64,000 nt of DNA, from contig NIVC01000835.1 in the NCBI GenBank assembly GCA_002269645.1, positions 371,523-435,522 on the forward strand, given 5' to 3'. The position numbers were made by a program, and so were the translations under genes. The notes under the pieces are model-generated. The model did no database searches. It worked only from the letters and a program-made list of their open reading frames with translations, and was not told where the DNA came from. Positions 35,021-46,834 of the stretch are shown in pieces. The number at the start of each line of letters is the position of its first letter. Position 1 is the first letter of the stretch. Source of the stretch: Macrostomum lignano. Lineage: Eukaryota.

Positions 35021-35290
35021 ATGTCCCTATTCCAGCCTCTGCTGCTGCTGCTCTGCCTCATCCAGCTCCTCCCTGACCAAGTAGCCGCTTGCAGGCGCAA
35101 CGTATTGGAGCACAAAGAGTCGGACTCGTACATTGTCCTGCCTAGATCGAAACTGCGCTCAATTGCCGTTCAAGACGTCAGCACTGACGATGTGATGGTG
35201 CTGCTGTTGGCAATGCCGACAATATTTATAATGATTGCTGCCGTTGCCGTCTATTGGGAGATGCGGCAGTCAACGCCCAGGTTTCTGTAG
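35021..35290 (+). CDS. 89-aa predicted type I membrane microprotein (signal peptide, short ectodomain, one TM, 10-aa tail)
   Basis: MSLFQPLLLLLCLIQLLPDQVAAC (signal-like); RRNVLEHKESDSYIVLPRSKLRSIAVQDVSTDD; VMVLLLAMPTIFIMIAAVAVYW (TM); EMRQSTPRFL. GC-rich island in AT-rich flanks. No family recognised. Confidence 0.6.
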   Translation: MSLFQPLLLLLCLIQLLPDQVAACRRNVLEHKESDSYIVLPRSKLRSIAVQDVSTDDVMVLLLAMPTIFIMIAAVAVYWEMRQSTPRFL

Positions 35291-35474
35291 ACAAATCGTT
35301 GCAGATGTGTTTGTTGACTTTGATTGATATTGATTGACTTGTATCTATCCTTTTAATCGATTTAAGAGATGCGCTTGTGCTTATCGAATTCTTTTAATAA
35401 AATCATCAAACAAATGTTTTAATTTAATTTTTTTAATTTCATAGTTTGATTCGATGAAAGATGGCTTGATAATC

Positions 35475-36582
35475 TAGCCTATCTATCAAATGGGTCTAAT
35501 GGATTGCTAATCTAGCCTATCTATCAAATGGGTCAAATGGATTGCTAATCTAGCCAATCTATCAAATGGGTCTAATGGATTGCTAATCTAGCCAATGTAT
35601 CAAATCGGTCAAATGGATTGCTAATCTAGCCTATCTATCAAATGGGTCTAATGGATTGCTAATCTAGCCATTGTATCCAATGTGTCAAATGGATTGCTAA
35701 TCTAGCCAATCTATCAAATGGGTCTAATGGATTGCTAATCTAGCCAATCTATCAAATGGGTCAAACGGATTGCTAATCTAGCCAATCTATCCAATGTGTC
35801 AAATGAATTGCTAATCTAGCCAATCTATCAAATGGGTCAAACGGATTGCTAATCTAGCCAATCTATCCAATGTGTCAAATGAATTGCTAATCTAGCCAAT
35901 CTATCAAATGGGTCTAATGGATTGCTAATCTAGCCAATGTATCAAATCGGTCAAATGGATTGCTAATCTAGCCAATCTATCAAATAGGTCAAATGGATTG
36001 CTAATCTAGCCAATCTATCCAATGTGTCAAATGAATTGCTAATCTAGCCAATCTATCAAATGGGTCTAATGGATTGCTAATCTAGCCAATGTATCAAATC
36101 GGTCAAATGGATTGCTAATCTAGCCAATCTATCAAATAGGTCAAATGGATTGCTAATCTAGCCAATGTATCCAATGTGTCAAATGGATTGCTAATCTAGC
36201 CAATCTATCAAATGGGTCTAATGGATTGCTAATCTAGCCAATGTATCAAATCGGTCAAATGGATTGCTAATCTAGCCAATCTATCAAATAGGTCAAATGG
36301 ATTGCTAATCTAGCCAATGTATCCAATGTGTCAAATGGATTGCTAATCTAGCCAATGTATCCAATGTGTCAAATGGATTGCTAATCTAGCCAATGTATCC
36401 AATGTGTCAAATGAATTGCTAATCTAGCCAATCTATCAAATGGGTCTAATGGATTGCTAATCTAGCCAATGTATCAAATCGGTCAAATGGATTGCTAATC
36501 TAGCCAATCTATCAAATAGGTCAAATGGATTGCTAATCTAGCCAATGTATCCAATGTGTCAAATGGATTGCTAATCTAGCCA
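35475..36582. repeat. 38-bp minisatellite (CCAAT in most units)
   Basis: Unit AATCTAGCCAATCTATCAAATGGGTCAAATGGATTGCT. Confidence 0.96.
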
Positions 36583-36884
36583 TTGAAAACTGTAAAATAC
36601 AAAACTGGAAAGCAGTTTTTAAAATGATTATTATTGACTTTGAAATAAAAAGCTGTCAGTATTTATCATTTGTACTTACAAGACTACTTATGAAATATAT
36701 AAAAAAGTAGTCAACTTCGCACTCGCAGGTATATATTCAGACGTTAGAAACATATACTCGTCAAAAAACAGTAATCAGATGTATTCTACAAAAATCGATT
36801 TTAAAAACGCTGCTTTTATCCGTTATTTTGGGCACCCAATACGCTCAAAAGCATAAGTAAATCTCTAAGTCCTTGAACTGGCAA

Positions 36885-39800
36885 TCACGCGAACGGATTG
36901 ATCAGATACTTGGACGACGAGAAGAATACGGCGGGGTCGTCATCATAGCCGGGCTCGCAGGCAGCTGCGGCGGCTGGCGCTGACGAATTCACCGCTTCCT
37001 CGGGTTCGAGCTCCGGCTGGCTCCACTGAGCCTCGGCTGGGCGAGAGGAACCGAATGAGGAAGCGTTGGCCGTTTCAATGGCAACAGCCGAGCCGCCTTG
37101 ACCGACAAAGTACACGGCAATGTCGTCGCGACGCTTTTTGAGCAGATCCAAAAATTGCGACTCCCTGCCGCTGAAATTGGGGCAGATGGGTTCGAATCTT
37201 GGAATGTGAGATAGTGGGTAATGACCAGTGTGAGATAGTGGGTAATGACCAGTGTGAGACAGTGGGTAATGACCAGTGTGAGACAGTGGGTAATGATCAA
37301 TGTGAGACAGTGGGTAATGACAAATGTAGGTAAACAAACCCACAAAACACAAAGGGGAAACAATGACCAACTATCCACAAGACACGGAGGGGAGGGCAAT
37401 GACCAACTATCCACAAGACACGGAGGGGAGGGCAATGACCAACTATCCACAAGACACGGAGGGGAGGGCAATGACCAACTATCCACAAGACACGGAGGGG
37501 AGGGCAATGACCAACTATCCACAAGACACGGAGGGGAGGGCAATGACCCCCCAGCTCCTCACGGCGTGACCAGGTTGGCCTCCTGCACGCTCTGCATCAG
37601 CGGCAGGCCGCGGGTCTCCGGCAGTCCGACGCCGATCGCAAGGCCGGCGGCGACGCTCAGGCAGGCGAAACCGACGCTGGCGGCCAGCCTGGAGACGCCG
37701 GCGCCGCCGTTCATCACGACGAACGGTGCGGCAACCGAGGCGGCCCGGCCGACGGCGCTGCAAGCGAACAGGCCGGCGTTGCGCACAGAGGTCGGGCAGA
37801 TTTCCGCTGTATAGTGAATCAGCACCGAGAATGCGCTGGTGACCAACAGCTTGGCGGTCAGGGCAATTAGCGTGTAAATTACCGAGTCTGCAAATGGGGG
37901 TCGTTTGCTGATTTTTAGAAATTGAATTGTAGAGTGTTCTACCTCCCGTTAAAAAAGGAAAAAAGAAGATAATCGTATAATACTACTATAAGTAAGTAAG
38001 TACACGCATGTGCGCCTAAGCTTTGAATGAATCACGCTACCAGAAAAAGATGTTACCAGAATAATACGCCATGAGCCATTTTCCCCTTTTAGCGCAACAC
38101 GTGAATTGTCATGATACTATTTTGGATCAAAAACTTGTCTATAAATACAAGCGATCTGAAGCGGTACCGGAGCCATTCTCCCCACGGAAGAGGAGCGCTC
38201 CGAAGAGGAAGCCTTAGGAGGACTTCCTGATCTACCAAGTCAATCGAGACTCGGTCGAGTTGTTGCGGTAAGCCTTCCTTATTTGCGCCCGTTGTGTTAG
38301 AGACGTCTCGCTCAAATCTATTGAGACTTGAGTCTAATTGAGTCTGTTGAGACTCTTGAGTCTGTTTAGACTCCATTGGTTGCAGTCTCCAGAAGGACTG
38401 CCCCTGATCGATCTTAGAGGACTATCAGTGGTTTCCGGAGCTATACCTAGAGTGCATAGAGGCACTGCTAGAAGAAGGAGGCTTAATTTAGACCGCAGTT
38501 TGGCGCAGGGTACCCATTGTTGCTACGAGGCCTCTGATTGGTCCTGACGGAAGATACCGGCCGGAAGAACTTATCGGAAGTACAAGAGGAACCAGGACCA
38601 GAGCAACTGAAGAATCAAGGCGCCTGATCTACGAGATCTACTGACAAGTTCCTAGCGAGAACTACTCAAGAAATTCAAATCCGGATTAAAGGTAATTGAA
38701 TACCTTCGTTTGACTTACTGGGTTGCCTAGCTGTTGAGCTAGAAGTGATTGTTCCTTGATTATCGAAAGTCGGGTAATAAGGAACACATCAGAATACTAA
38801 CTAGGCTTCGTGCACGGAGTCGTCAATAGTTAGAATATAATAAGTTTCATACGAGTAAATTTCTACTGATGCAACTCTAATTTTGATTCACACCTGCTCC
38901 CATAGAAACACTTTTCCATACCATAGCAACCCTCTCCGCTCCCATAGCAACCCGTTTCCCTACCATAGCAACCCGTTTCCCTACCATAGCAACCCGCTTC
39001 CCTACCATAGCAACCCTCTCCGCTCCCATAGCAACCCTCTCCGCTCCCATAGCAACCCTCTTTCCTCTCATAGCAACCCTTTCCCTTTTCATAGCAACCT
39101 GTTCCCTCTCGTGGCAACCGTATCCCCTCCCCATAGCAACTCTCTTCCCCCCATAGCAACCCTTACCGCGGTCAGGCAGGTTGAGCAATGCCAGGCAGGC
39201 GCCCAGGCCGATGTACATCGCCATTGAGGGCACCCGTCGGCCCAGTCGGTCGGCCAGCAGCCAGGCAGCCACGTAGGCCGGTGCCTCGATGAGGCCTGAC
39301 AGCGCCGTGCTGACAAAAGCGTTGCTAGCGACAACAAAGTCGGAGTCAAGCGAGACGCCGTAGTAAGTGAGGCTGATGGCGAACCTGCGCGTTCATTGAG
39401 TTGATTAATCATCTTTATCGATTAACTATACCTTATTACTTTTAACTTAACACTAATAGATTCTGACACAACTAAACCTGCTCACCAAGCCAGAAACAGC
39501 ACGAGGGTCTTTCGCAGCATCACGGGCGTATTAAAAAGCTCCTTGATGTGGCTCTCAGACTGGAACAACGGTCGCTGAGCTGTCTGTAGAAGCGACATAT
39601 TTTGCCCATTAAATTTTCTCTTTCATCGATAGAAAATTCTCCAGCTCCATTAGTTGCAATATTAATATACTTAATCCTACTATCCTACTATGCACCATCT
39701 AATTGAGGGAACCCAGAGCTCACTGTGGAGAAACTTAGAACTTCTACTGAAATCCCGGAAACACTCTTACGGGAAATCCCAGTAACACTCCTAAGAGGAA

Positions 39801-42800
39801 TCTCGGAAACACTCTCCCGGGGAATCCCAGAAACATTCCTACGGGGAATTCCGGAAACACTCTTACGGGAAATCCCAGTAACACTCCTAAGAGGAATCTC
39901 GGAAACACTCTCCCGGGGAATCCCAGAAACATTCCTACGGGGAATTCCGGAAACACTCTTACGGGAAATCCCAGTAACACTCCTAAGAGGAATCTCGGAA
40001 ACACTCTCCCGGGGAATCCCAGAAACATTCCTACGGGGAATTCCGGAAACACTCTTACGGGAAATCCCAGAAACATTCCTACGGGGAATTCCGGAAACAC
40101 TCCTACGGGGAATCCCAGAAACACTCCTACGTTGAATCCCGGAAACACTCTCCCGGGGAATCCCAGAAACATTCCTAAGGGGAATCCCGGAAACACTCTC
40201 CCGGGGAATCCCAGAAACATTCCTACGGGGAATCCCGGAAACACTCTTAAGGGAAATCCCAGTAACACTCCTAAGGGGAATCCTGGAAACACTCTTACGG
40301 GAAATCCCAGAAACACTCCTACGGGGAATCCCAGAAACACTCTCACGGGAAATCCCAAAACCGCTCTACGAGGAATCCTAAATCACTGCAACGGGGAATC
40401 CCGGAAACACTCTTACGGGAAATCCCAGTAACACTTCTAAGGGGAATCCCGGAAACACTCTTACGGGGAATCTCAGAAACACTCCTACGGGGAATCCCAG
40501 AAACACTCCTACGTTGAATCCCGGAAACACTCTCCCGGGGAATCCCAGAAACATTCCTAAGGGGAATCCCGGAAACACTCTCCCGGGGAATCCCAGAAAC
40601 ATTCCTACGGGGAATCCCGGAAACACTCTTACGGGAAATCCCAGTAACACTCCTAAGGGGAATCCTGGAAACACTCTTACGGGAAATCCCAGAAACACTC
40701 CTACGGGGAATCCCAGAAACACTCTCACGGGAAATCCCAAAACCGCTCCACGAGGAATCCTAAATCACTGCAACGGGGAATCCCGGAAACACTCTTACGG
40801 GAAATCCCAGTAACACTCCTAAGGGGAATCCCGGAAACACTCTTACGGGGAATCTCAGAAACACTCCTACGGGGAATCCCAGAAACACTCTCACGGGAAA
40901 TCCCAAAACCGCTCCACAAGGAATCCTAAATCACTGCAACGGGGAATCCTAAAACCTTTCCAAAGGGAATCCTAACATTTCTCCAACGGGAATCCTAAAA
41001 CCATGAAACCCCTCTTCTCAATGGAAAATTCTCCACTGAAACCTCACCATCAGCTCAACAGTAGCAGTCGGAATGCTTCTCTGGTTGATCTTGGCAATTC
41101 GCTGGCAAACCCGCAGAGCCTCCGAGTTGCGCCCGTTGGCCATCAGCCAGCGCGGCGACTCCTCCAGCAGACTGGAAAATTTGTTTGAAAGCTTATGTGG
41201 AATCTCCAGCATGTGATCTCTCTGTGAAGTCCCTAGCTTGTGAACCCTCTAGTTAGCAAAGCGAGCCTCACTCTCCCCAAGCTTACAAGTAGCTGGCCAC
41301 GTAGCAGACGCAGGGCAGGCAGGCGCACACCTGCAGCCAGCGCCAGTGCCGCACAAAGTAGGCCAAGCCAGCCACAGACACGTAGCCGAAGCACCAGTAC
41401 AGCCACAGCAGGTTTGCCACGGCAGCTCGATGCCGGCAGGCGACGAATTCGGCGACGCAGACGGCGGCCAACAGGCCGACGGTGGCGAATATGCCGCGGC
41501 AGAAGTGCAGCGTCAGATAGGCGGGCAGATTCGGGGCGAGACATTCGGCTAAGCTGAGCGACAGCTCGGCAGCGCAGCTGATCAGCACGACTGGTCGACG
41601 GCCGAATCTGAGAGATACATTTTGATGTGAAATTTGTTTAATAGATGTACATTGTCGCCTACTGTTAGTAGCTAGTCTAAGCCTACACAGCAAATACTAG
41701 AATAACTAGTTATGTAACTCGTACTAAAAGTTGTGGAAAAAACTCGAACATCTACTCTTTTTCAGTAGTTTGTCTGCGCAGTGTCTCTTAAAATTTTATA
41801 TGGCAGCTAAAGTTTCTTTTCGTTTCTCAAGAAAGGAAAGTCGCTAGCATTTAACTCGATGTACACAAGTGAACGTACAAAGATGGACGAAACTCAGCCT
41901 AGGGGACAGGCCCAATCTAGCTCAGCCAATCAGAGAGCAGAAAGGAGAGAGGTCAAAGTCAAACACAAGCGGGCAAGAGGTAGCGAAACGGTTTATCGGT
42001 CTAGCTGGGACTGGAGCACTACCCCTTCTCAAGCTCGCTATGCACTCGCACTGGATTTGGGCGCAGCTTCATGCTAATTCAATGGGTCCTCTTATATAGA
42101 AAGCAGGCGGTGATTGTCGCAGCTTTAAAAGCTTCAAGCATTTTGTAAACATTACTTTTATATAAAGGAAAAAAACGAACATTTTGCTACTGAAAGAAGA
42201 GTGAATGAGCATATATTCTGGGGTGTGACACATCTACGAGTAGTTAGTATCCATGGTTTATATCAGAGTATAGTCACAAAGAGAGTTGTCAATCTATAGC
42301 AATATCAATAGCGCTCGATATTCTCTGGCGTCTGGTGTAAAAGCAGAAAATAGCATTAAAAAAGCGACCACTTACTTGTCGGCCAGCAAGCCGAGGACAA
42401 GACCAAATCCAAAGCCCAGAGCGTAAGTGGCAAATACCAATGGCTGCAGGCCGCTTCGGCCGCACACCAGATTCCACTGAATGCAGGGGGAAGGGAGCGG
42501 CAAGGTGTGGGAGACACTAGAATTTATGTTGCGTGTTCTTGTGAGCTTGTACGAGCGTATTGTTAGTGAAATTCAAGTCGCTAGAGGGTGGGTATCCCCA
42601 GTCAGTGGAGGGTGAGTATCCCCAGTCAGTGGAGGGTGAGTATCCCCAGTCAGTGGAGGGTGAGTATCCCCAGTCAGTGGAGGGTGAGTATCCCCAGTCA
42701 GTGGAGGGTGAGTATCCCCAGTCAGTGGAGGGTGAGTATCCCCAGTCAGTGGAGGGTGAGTATCCCCAGTCAGTGGAGGGTGAGTATCCCCAGTCAGTGG

Positions 42801-43623
42801 AGGGTGAGTATCCCCAGTCAGTGGAGGGTGAGTATCCCCAGTCAGTGGAGGGTGAGTATCCCCAGTCAGTGGAGGGTGAGTATCCCCAGTCAGTGGAGGG
42901 TGAGTATCCCCAGTCAGTGGAGGGTGAGTATCCCCAGTCAGTGGAGGGTGAGTATCCCCAGTCAGTGGAGGGTGAGTATCCCCAGTCAGTGGAGGGTGAG
43001 TATCCCCAGTCAGTGGAGGGTGAGTATCCCCAGTCAGTGGAGGGTGAGTATCCCCAGTCAGTGGAGGGTGAGTATCCCCAGTCAGTGGAGGGTGAGTATC
43101 CCCAGTCAGTGGAGGATGGGTCTCAATCACAGGAGGGTCACTGGATGATTTCACTCAAGAAGGTTGGGTCAGGGAAAAAATTTACTTACGTATTTTATTA
43201 GTTATAATTGTAGTTACGATAATGTGCAGCATAGGGCTTTACCTCGCTAGAAATGGTTAGCAGCCATTCGCTGGTGTCGTACACAAAGAGCGAACAAGCC
43301 ACCTTGTCTGCTGTAGAATTTCCATCATTTTGCCAGCACTGCTCAGTATTGGATCTGTCGAGCAATGTTGAGTGATTAAAAACTTCCACAATGGAAGTTG
43401 GAACTGTTTCATTAACATAATCTTCGTCGCTATTCAGGCGCACCGACGAGCGACAGGTAAATTGTGGCTGAATAATTTGAAATTCGATTAGGACCATGTT
43501 GGCGGCAAATTTCCAGATGAATATGGCTACCAGATTAAATAGCATCAGCTGATATCTGCCCAGGCTGCCAATGTGCTCCAGAATCTCCTCGTAGTCCAGG
43601 TGTATCGGTGATGATGACATCAT
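36885..43623 (-). CDS. SLC22-family (organic cation/anion) MFS transporter, 8 exons, 626 aa
   Basis: Exons 43623-43243, 42476-42376, 41607-41287, 41171-41048, 39583-39486, 39384-39167, 37887-37563, 37197-36885 join in frame (1881 nt). Motifs: DYEEILEHIGSLGRYQ, large first loop with Cys and N-glycosylation sequons, SE|WNLVC, ADKFGRR, EESPRWL, LADRLGRR, AEICPTSVRN, LPETRGLPL. Confidence 0.95.
37205..37550. repeat. Two adjacent minisatellites (24 bp and 36 bp) filling SLC22 intron 7
   Basis: TGTGAGACAGTGGGTAATGACCAG x ~5; AATGACCAACTATCCACAAGACACGGAGGGGAGGGC x ~5. Confidence 0.95.
38915..39165. repeat. ~21-bp minisatellite starting inside the exon-6 donor
   Basis: CCATAGCAACCC core. Confidence 0.9.
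39745..40990. repeat. 24-bp minisatellite with a kappaB-consensus core and a 382-bp higher-order duplication
   Basis: Unit like GGGGAATCCCAGAAACACTCCTAC. ORFs 40132-40431 and 40514-40813 are near-identical. Confidence 0.96.
42588..43112. repeat. Perfect 24-bp minisatellite, about 21 copies
   Basis: Unit GGTGAGTATCCCCAGTCAGTGGAG. Confidence 0.98.
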
Positions 43624-44480
43624 GATTGAGCGACTAACCAACTGAGCTCTGCCGTCGGAGGTCCAACTAGATTGCTCTGGTCTTCTTCACCCAACTGTTC
43701 TGGTGGCTTTCTTAAATTTTCCCCGCTTTTAGCAAGCCTACTCTGTGCTGGAGAGGGCAGGGGAGAGGAGTCGGCAAACAGATGAGAAAGGCTGCCTGTC
43801 GATTAGCTCAGGTGCCTGTGTACATGTACACTGTACATCTGTCGCCCTTATACCGCGCATATGTGGGGAAGAGAATAAAGGCTGTATGTAGCTACACATA
43901 TGGATTAATTGTAAGCTGAGCAGGGTAGAAATGGGAAGAGGACGAGAGATGGAGCGCTTTGGGGACGAGAACTAAGGACGATGAATGCATGACCCAGTAT
44001 AGCTCAGCTGAGAACGCGGCGAGAGAAAGCAGCAGTAGCGCACAAGTCTCAGAAAGGAACTCGGGTCTCAAGACTTTAGCTGACCATTGGCACTGATATT
44101 TGGACAAGAAAACTAATGGACTCTTTTTTGATATTTTGTTTCTTTCCAGGCAGACAGTGTAGTCCCGCCCAAGAGCTCTCTAGTGAGATCCCGACAAAAT
44201 TGTGAATGAATTCGTACAGAAAAATTCAATATAAAAGTGTGTTGTTAGCCAACAAAGTCGCTAAAAAGTGCATTGCCTAGGAGACGTTCTGAAGAGTTTT
44301 ACTGTCTGCGACTCTGAAGCATCTACAGGAATCCAGGATGCTTTTAGAATGACTCGTATTTGAGAATTTGGAGTTACTATATTAGTCTTAAGAGGCTCTA
44401 GGAATAAAAGTAGCGTTTACAATACGTTTTACCGGCGTTCTTGAGTCTTAAAGCGCTTCAGCGTCATTGTCACTGTAGAG

Positions 44481-44815
44481 CAGGTGTCAGAAAACGTTTT
44501 TTACCTCTAGGGCCAAATAAATAATACAGCTCATGGCTGCGGGCCAGATGAGAGCGAAAAGGAAGGAGAATAGAAGATGAGATGAGAGAAGAGAGAGGCG
44601 AGAGATGGAATAAGAGAAAAGATTAATATAAGAGAATTAGAGAAGAAGGGGACAGAGAGAAGAGAGAGAAGAGAGATGAGAGACAGCTGAGAAGAGACAT
44701 AAACCTTGAGTTGGCCGGATTGCTATTGTGAAGCTTCAAAGGATCCGAGGGCCGGATAGATTTAGGCTTCGAGGACCGCGCATGCGGCCTGCAGGTTGGA
44801 GTTTGCCGACACCTG
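44481..44815. mobile_element. hAT-type (Charlie-like) MITE, 335 bp, with a GA-rich interior
   Basis: TIRs CAGGTGTCAGAAAAC / GTTTGCCGACACCTG (13 of 15 match). Subterminal GCGGCC...AGTTTGCCGACACCTG is typical of hAT MITE ends. TSD degenerate (CTGTAGAG versus CAGTGGCG). Confidence 0.65.
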
Positions 44816-46662
44816 CAGTGGCGTCATTTGCGACGTAACGGTCATTATAAGCGGCCCTAAATGGTCTGCTGAATGCAAGGTGCCACTGGGTGCGGTCATC
44901 CTGCACATGCTCCACCAGAAGACCGTCTGGGGGAGCACCAAGAGATTGCGGGACGCCGTCACTGGGAACCAGGATCATCATGAGGTCGGCCTTTTCTAGA
45001 GATACTGCAGCTTTAATAGTGTCGGCAAGCTGGTAGAGATGTTGCTCAGTTATCGCATCTTTGCTTGTGCATGCTTTTATTGCAGTAACCGTTACAGGGA
45101 GCAACTGATTAGACGGCTGAACCCGAGACCGACCGTAAAAATGTATATTTCCAAGAAAATTTTATTTATCAGGCTGATAGATGATTATGCAGTGATCTAC
45201 TACTGATTTCAGTGATTGAAAAGATCAGAATTTAAGCTGGGGCTTCCATATACCAATAAAACAAAAGACAGAGCTATAGAAATCACAGCTTTTATTGAAC
45301 CAAGATTGGGCACACTTTGATTTTTTCCCTAAATACTGCCGCCCTGTGACGACTAGAAAACTCTGCTTAGGCCTAATTTCTATTAGCTATATCCATGAAA
45401 CAATTAACAACTTAGTTTATAGGTCACGTGGGTAGTGGACTGTGTGGTGAATATGCTTCTAGACATAATTAAAGTGGCCTTGGACCTTGTCAACTCTAAG
45501 TCTGCTATCTACACGGTATTGTATATTGTTATCGGCATTACTGACCTGTACATTTAGGCAGGTCAGGATGAAATACATACATGTACATCCTAAAACGACC
45601 TAAGTTCACTCTTATTCAGTACTAGTTGCCAGATTCAGTAAACTTGCTGCAATTCGCATTGCTAGATAAACCTACCTATATAACTTCTTCTTCTAACTTC
45701 AATGAACCTATATAAGACTCTAGAGCCTGTTAGTGTTGTTGTCAGTTGTCTATGACTTTTGGTTCATTGACATTGCTGTTATATATCACTTTGCAGTTGC
45801 AGAGTTTTATATATTTTTTTACTGGATGCGCTCTCTCTTTTTCTTAGAATAGGCCTATCTATCAAATTTAGTTTTTTTTGATGATGAATTCCCCAAAACT
45901 GAAATTGCACCAGTGCTTACAATAAGATTTTTGGGTTTATCTAGTCCTAGACCTAAGTCTAAAGTTTGCTAATCTATCTAAAACTAGATTAGGCCATTAA
46001 GGCAGGGAAATTTTTTTAGATTAGGGGCCTACTAGTATACTAAATCTAATATCTAGTATCTTATAATATCTAATATCCAATAAGATTTAGTTTTAGTATT
46101 TTTATTAGGCCTAATTAATAAAGTTTAGACTGAAAAGGAAAATTTCAAGTTAAGTTGAAAAAAGACTAGGTCCCTATCATACTTTTTATCTAAAATGTTT
46201 AAAACAATTAAATAAATGAGAATTATGATTTGTATTGGCTATTGGTAAAAAATATATAGTCTTATTACTCTTAATTGCTTGTGTTATATATTATATATAC
46301 TTTATAAATAATTATAATACTTTAAAATATAAACTATATTAAAATTATTTGTCTCTATCTAGCTCATATTTATCTATATAGGTATATGATCAATTTTATA
46401 AAAATATAAATTATACTTCTTTGGTGCCTAATTTATATTTGATTTTAACAAAAAGAAACTTAGCTTCAATTGTAACTTTTACCTTTACTAAATCAATATA
46501 TTAAAAATGGTTTATCAATATCTATCTAGTTTTCATTCTAATAGTCTAGTTGCAATTTTTTTATCTTCTTTTTCTATTGCCCTTTTTTCTTTTTTCCCTC
46601 TTTTTCCCTCTTATTTACCCTATTTATTTTGTTAAATTATAGAATGACTCTATAAGACAGGC

Positions 46663-46834
46663 CATACATGTGCAACCTTGGGAATCACCCGGCCGTTTCT
46701 ATTGGCAACACACGCATGTAAGTCGCTATTGGCTGAAAGCAGTCATGTGACTACTATTCTGTCCAATAGCGACATACATGTGTGTGTTGCCAATAGAGGC
46801 GGCCGAGTGAATCCCAAGGTTGTGCCCAAGCATG
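46663..46834. mobile_element. 172-bp palindromic MITE with an 8-bp TSD (hAT-like)
   Basis: About 75-bp arms forming a near-perfect hairpin (46673-46822); AGACAGGC duplicated at 46655-46662 and 46835-46842. Confidence 0.8.

Noticed and set aside
42560-43201. Perfect 24-bp direct repeats as a CRISPR array, and the 213-aa ORF across them
   Set aside because: No unique spacers, no cas genes, eukaryotic intron. The ORF results from a stop-free 24-bp unit.
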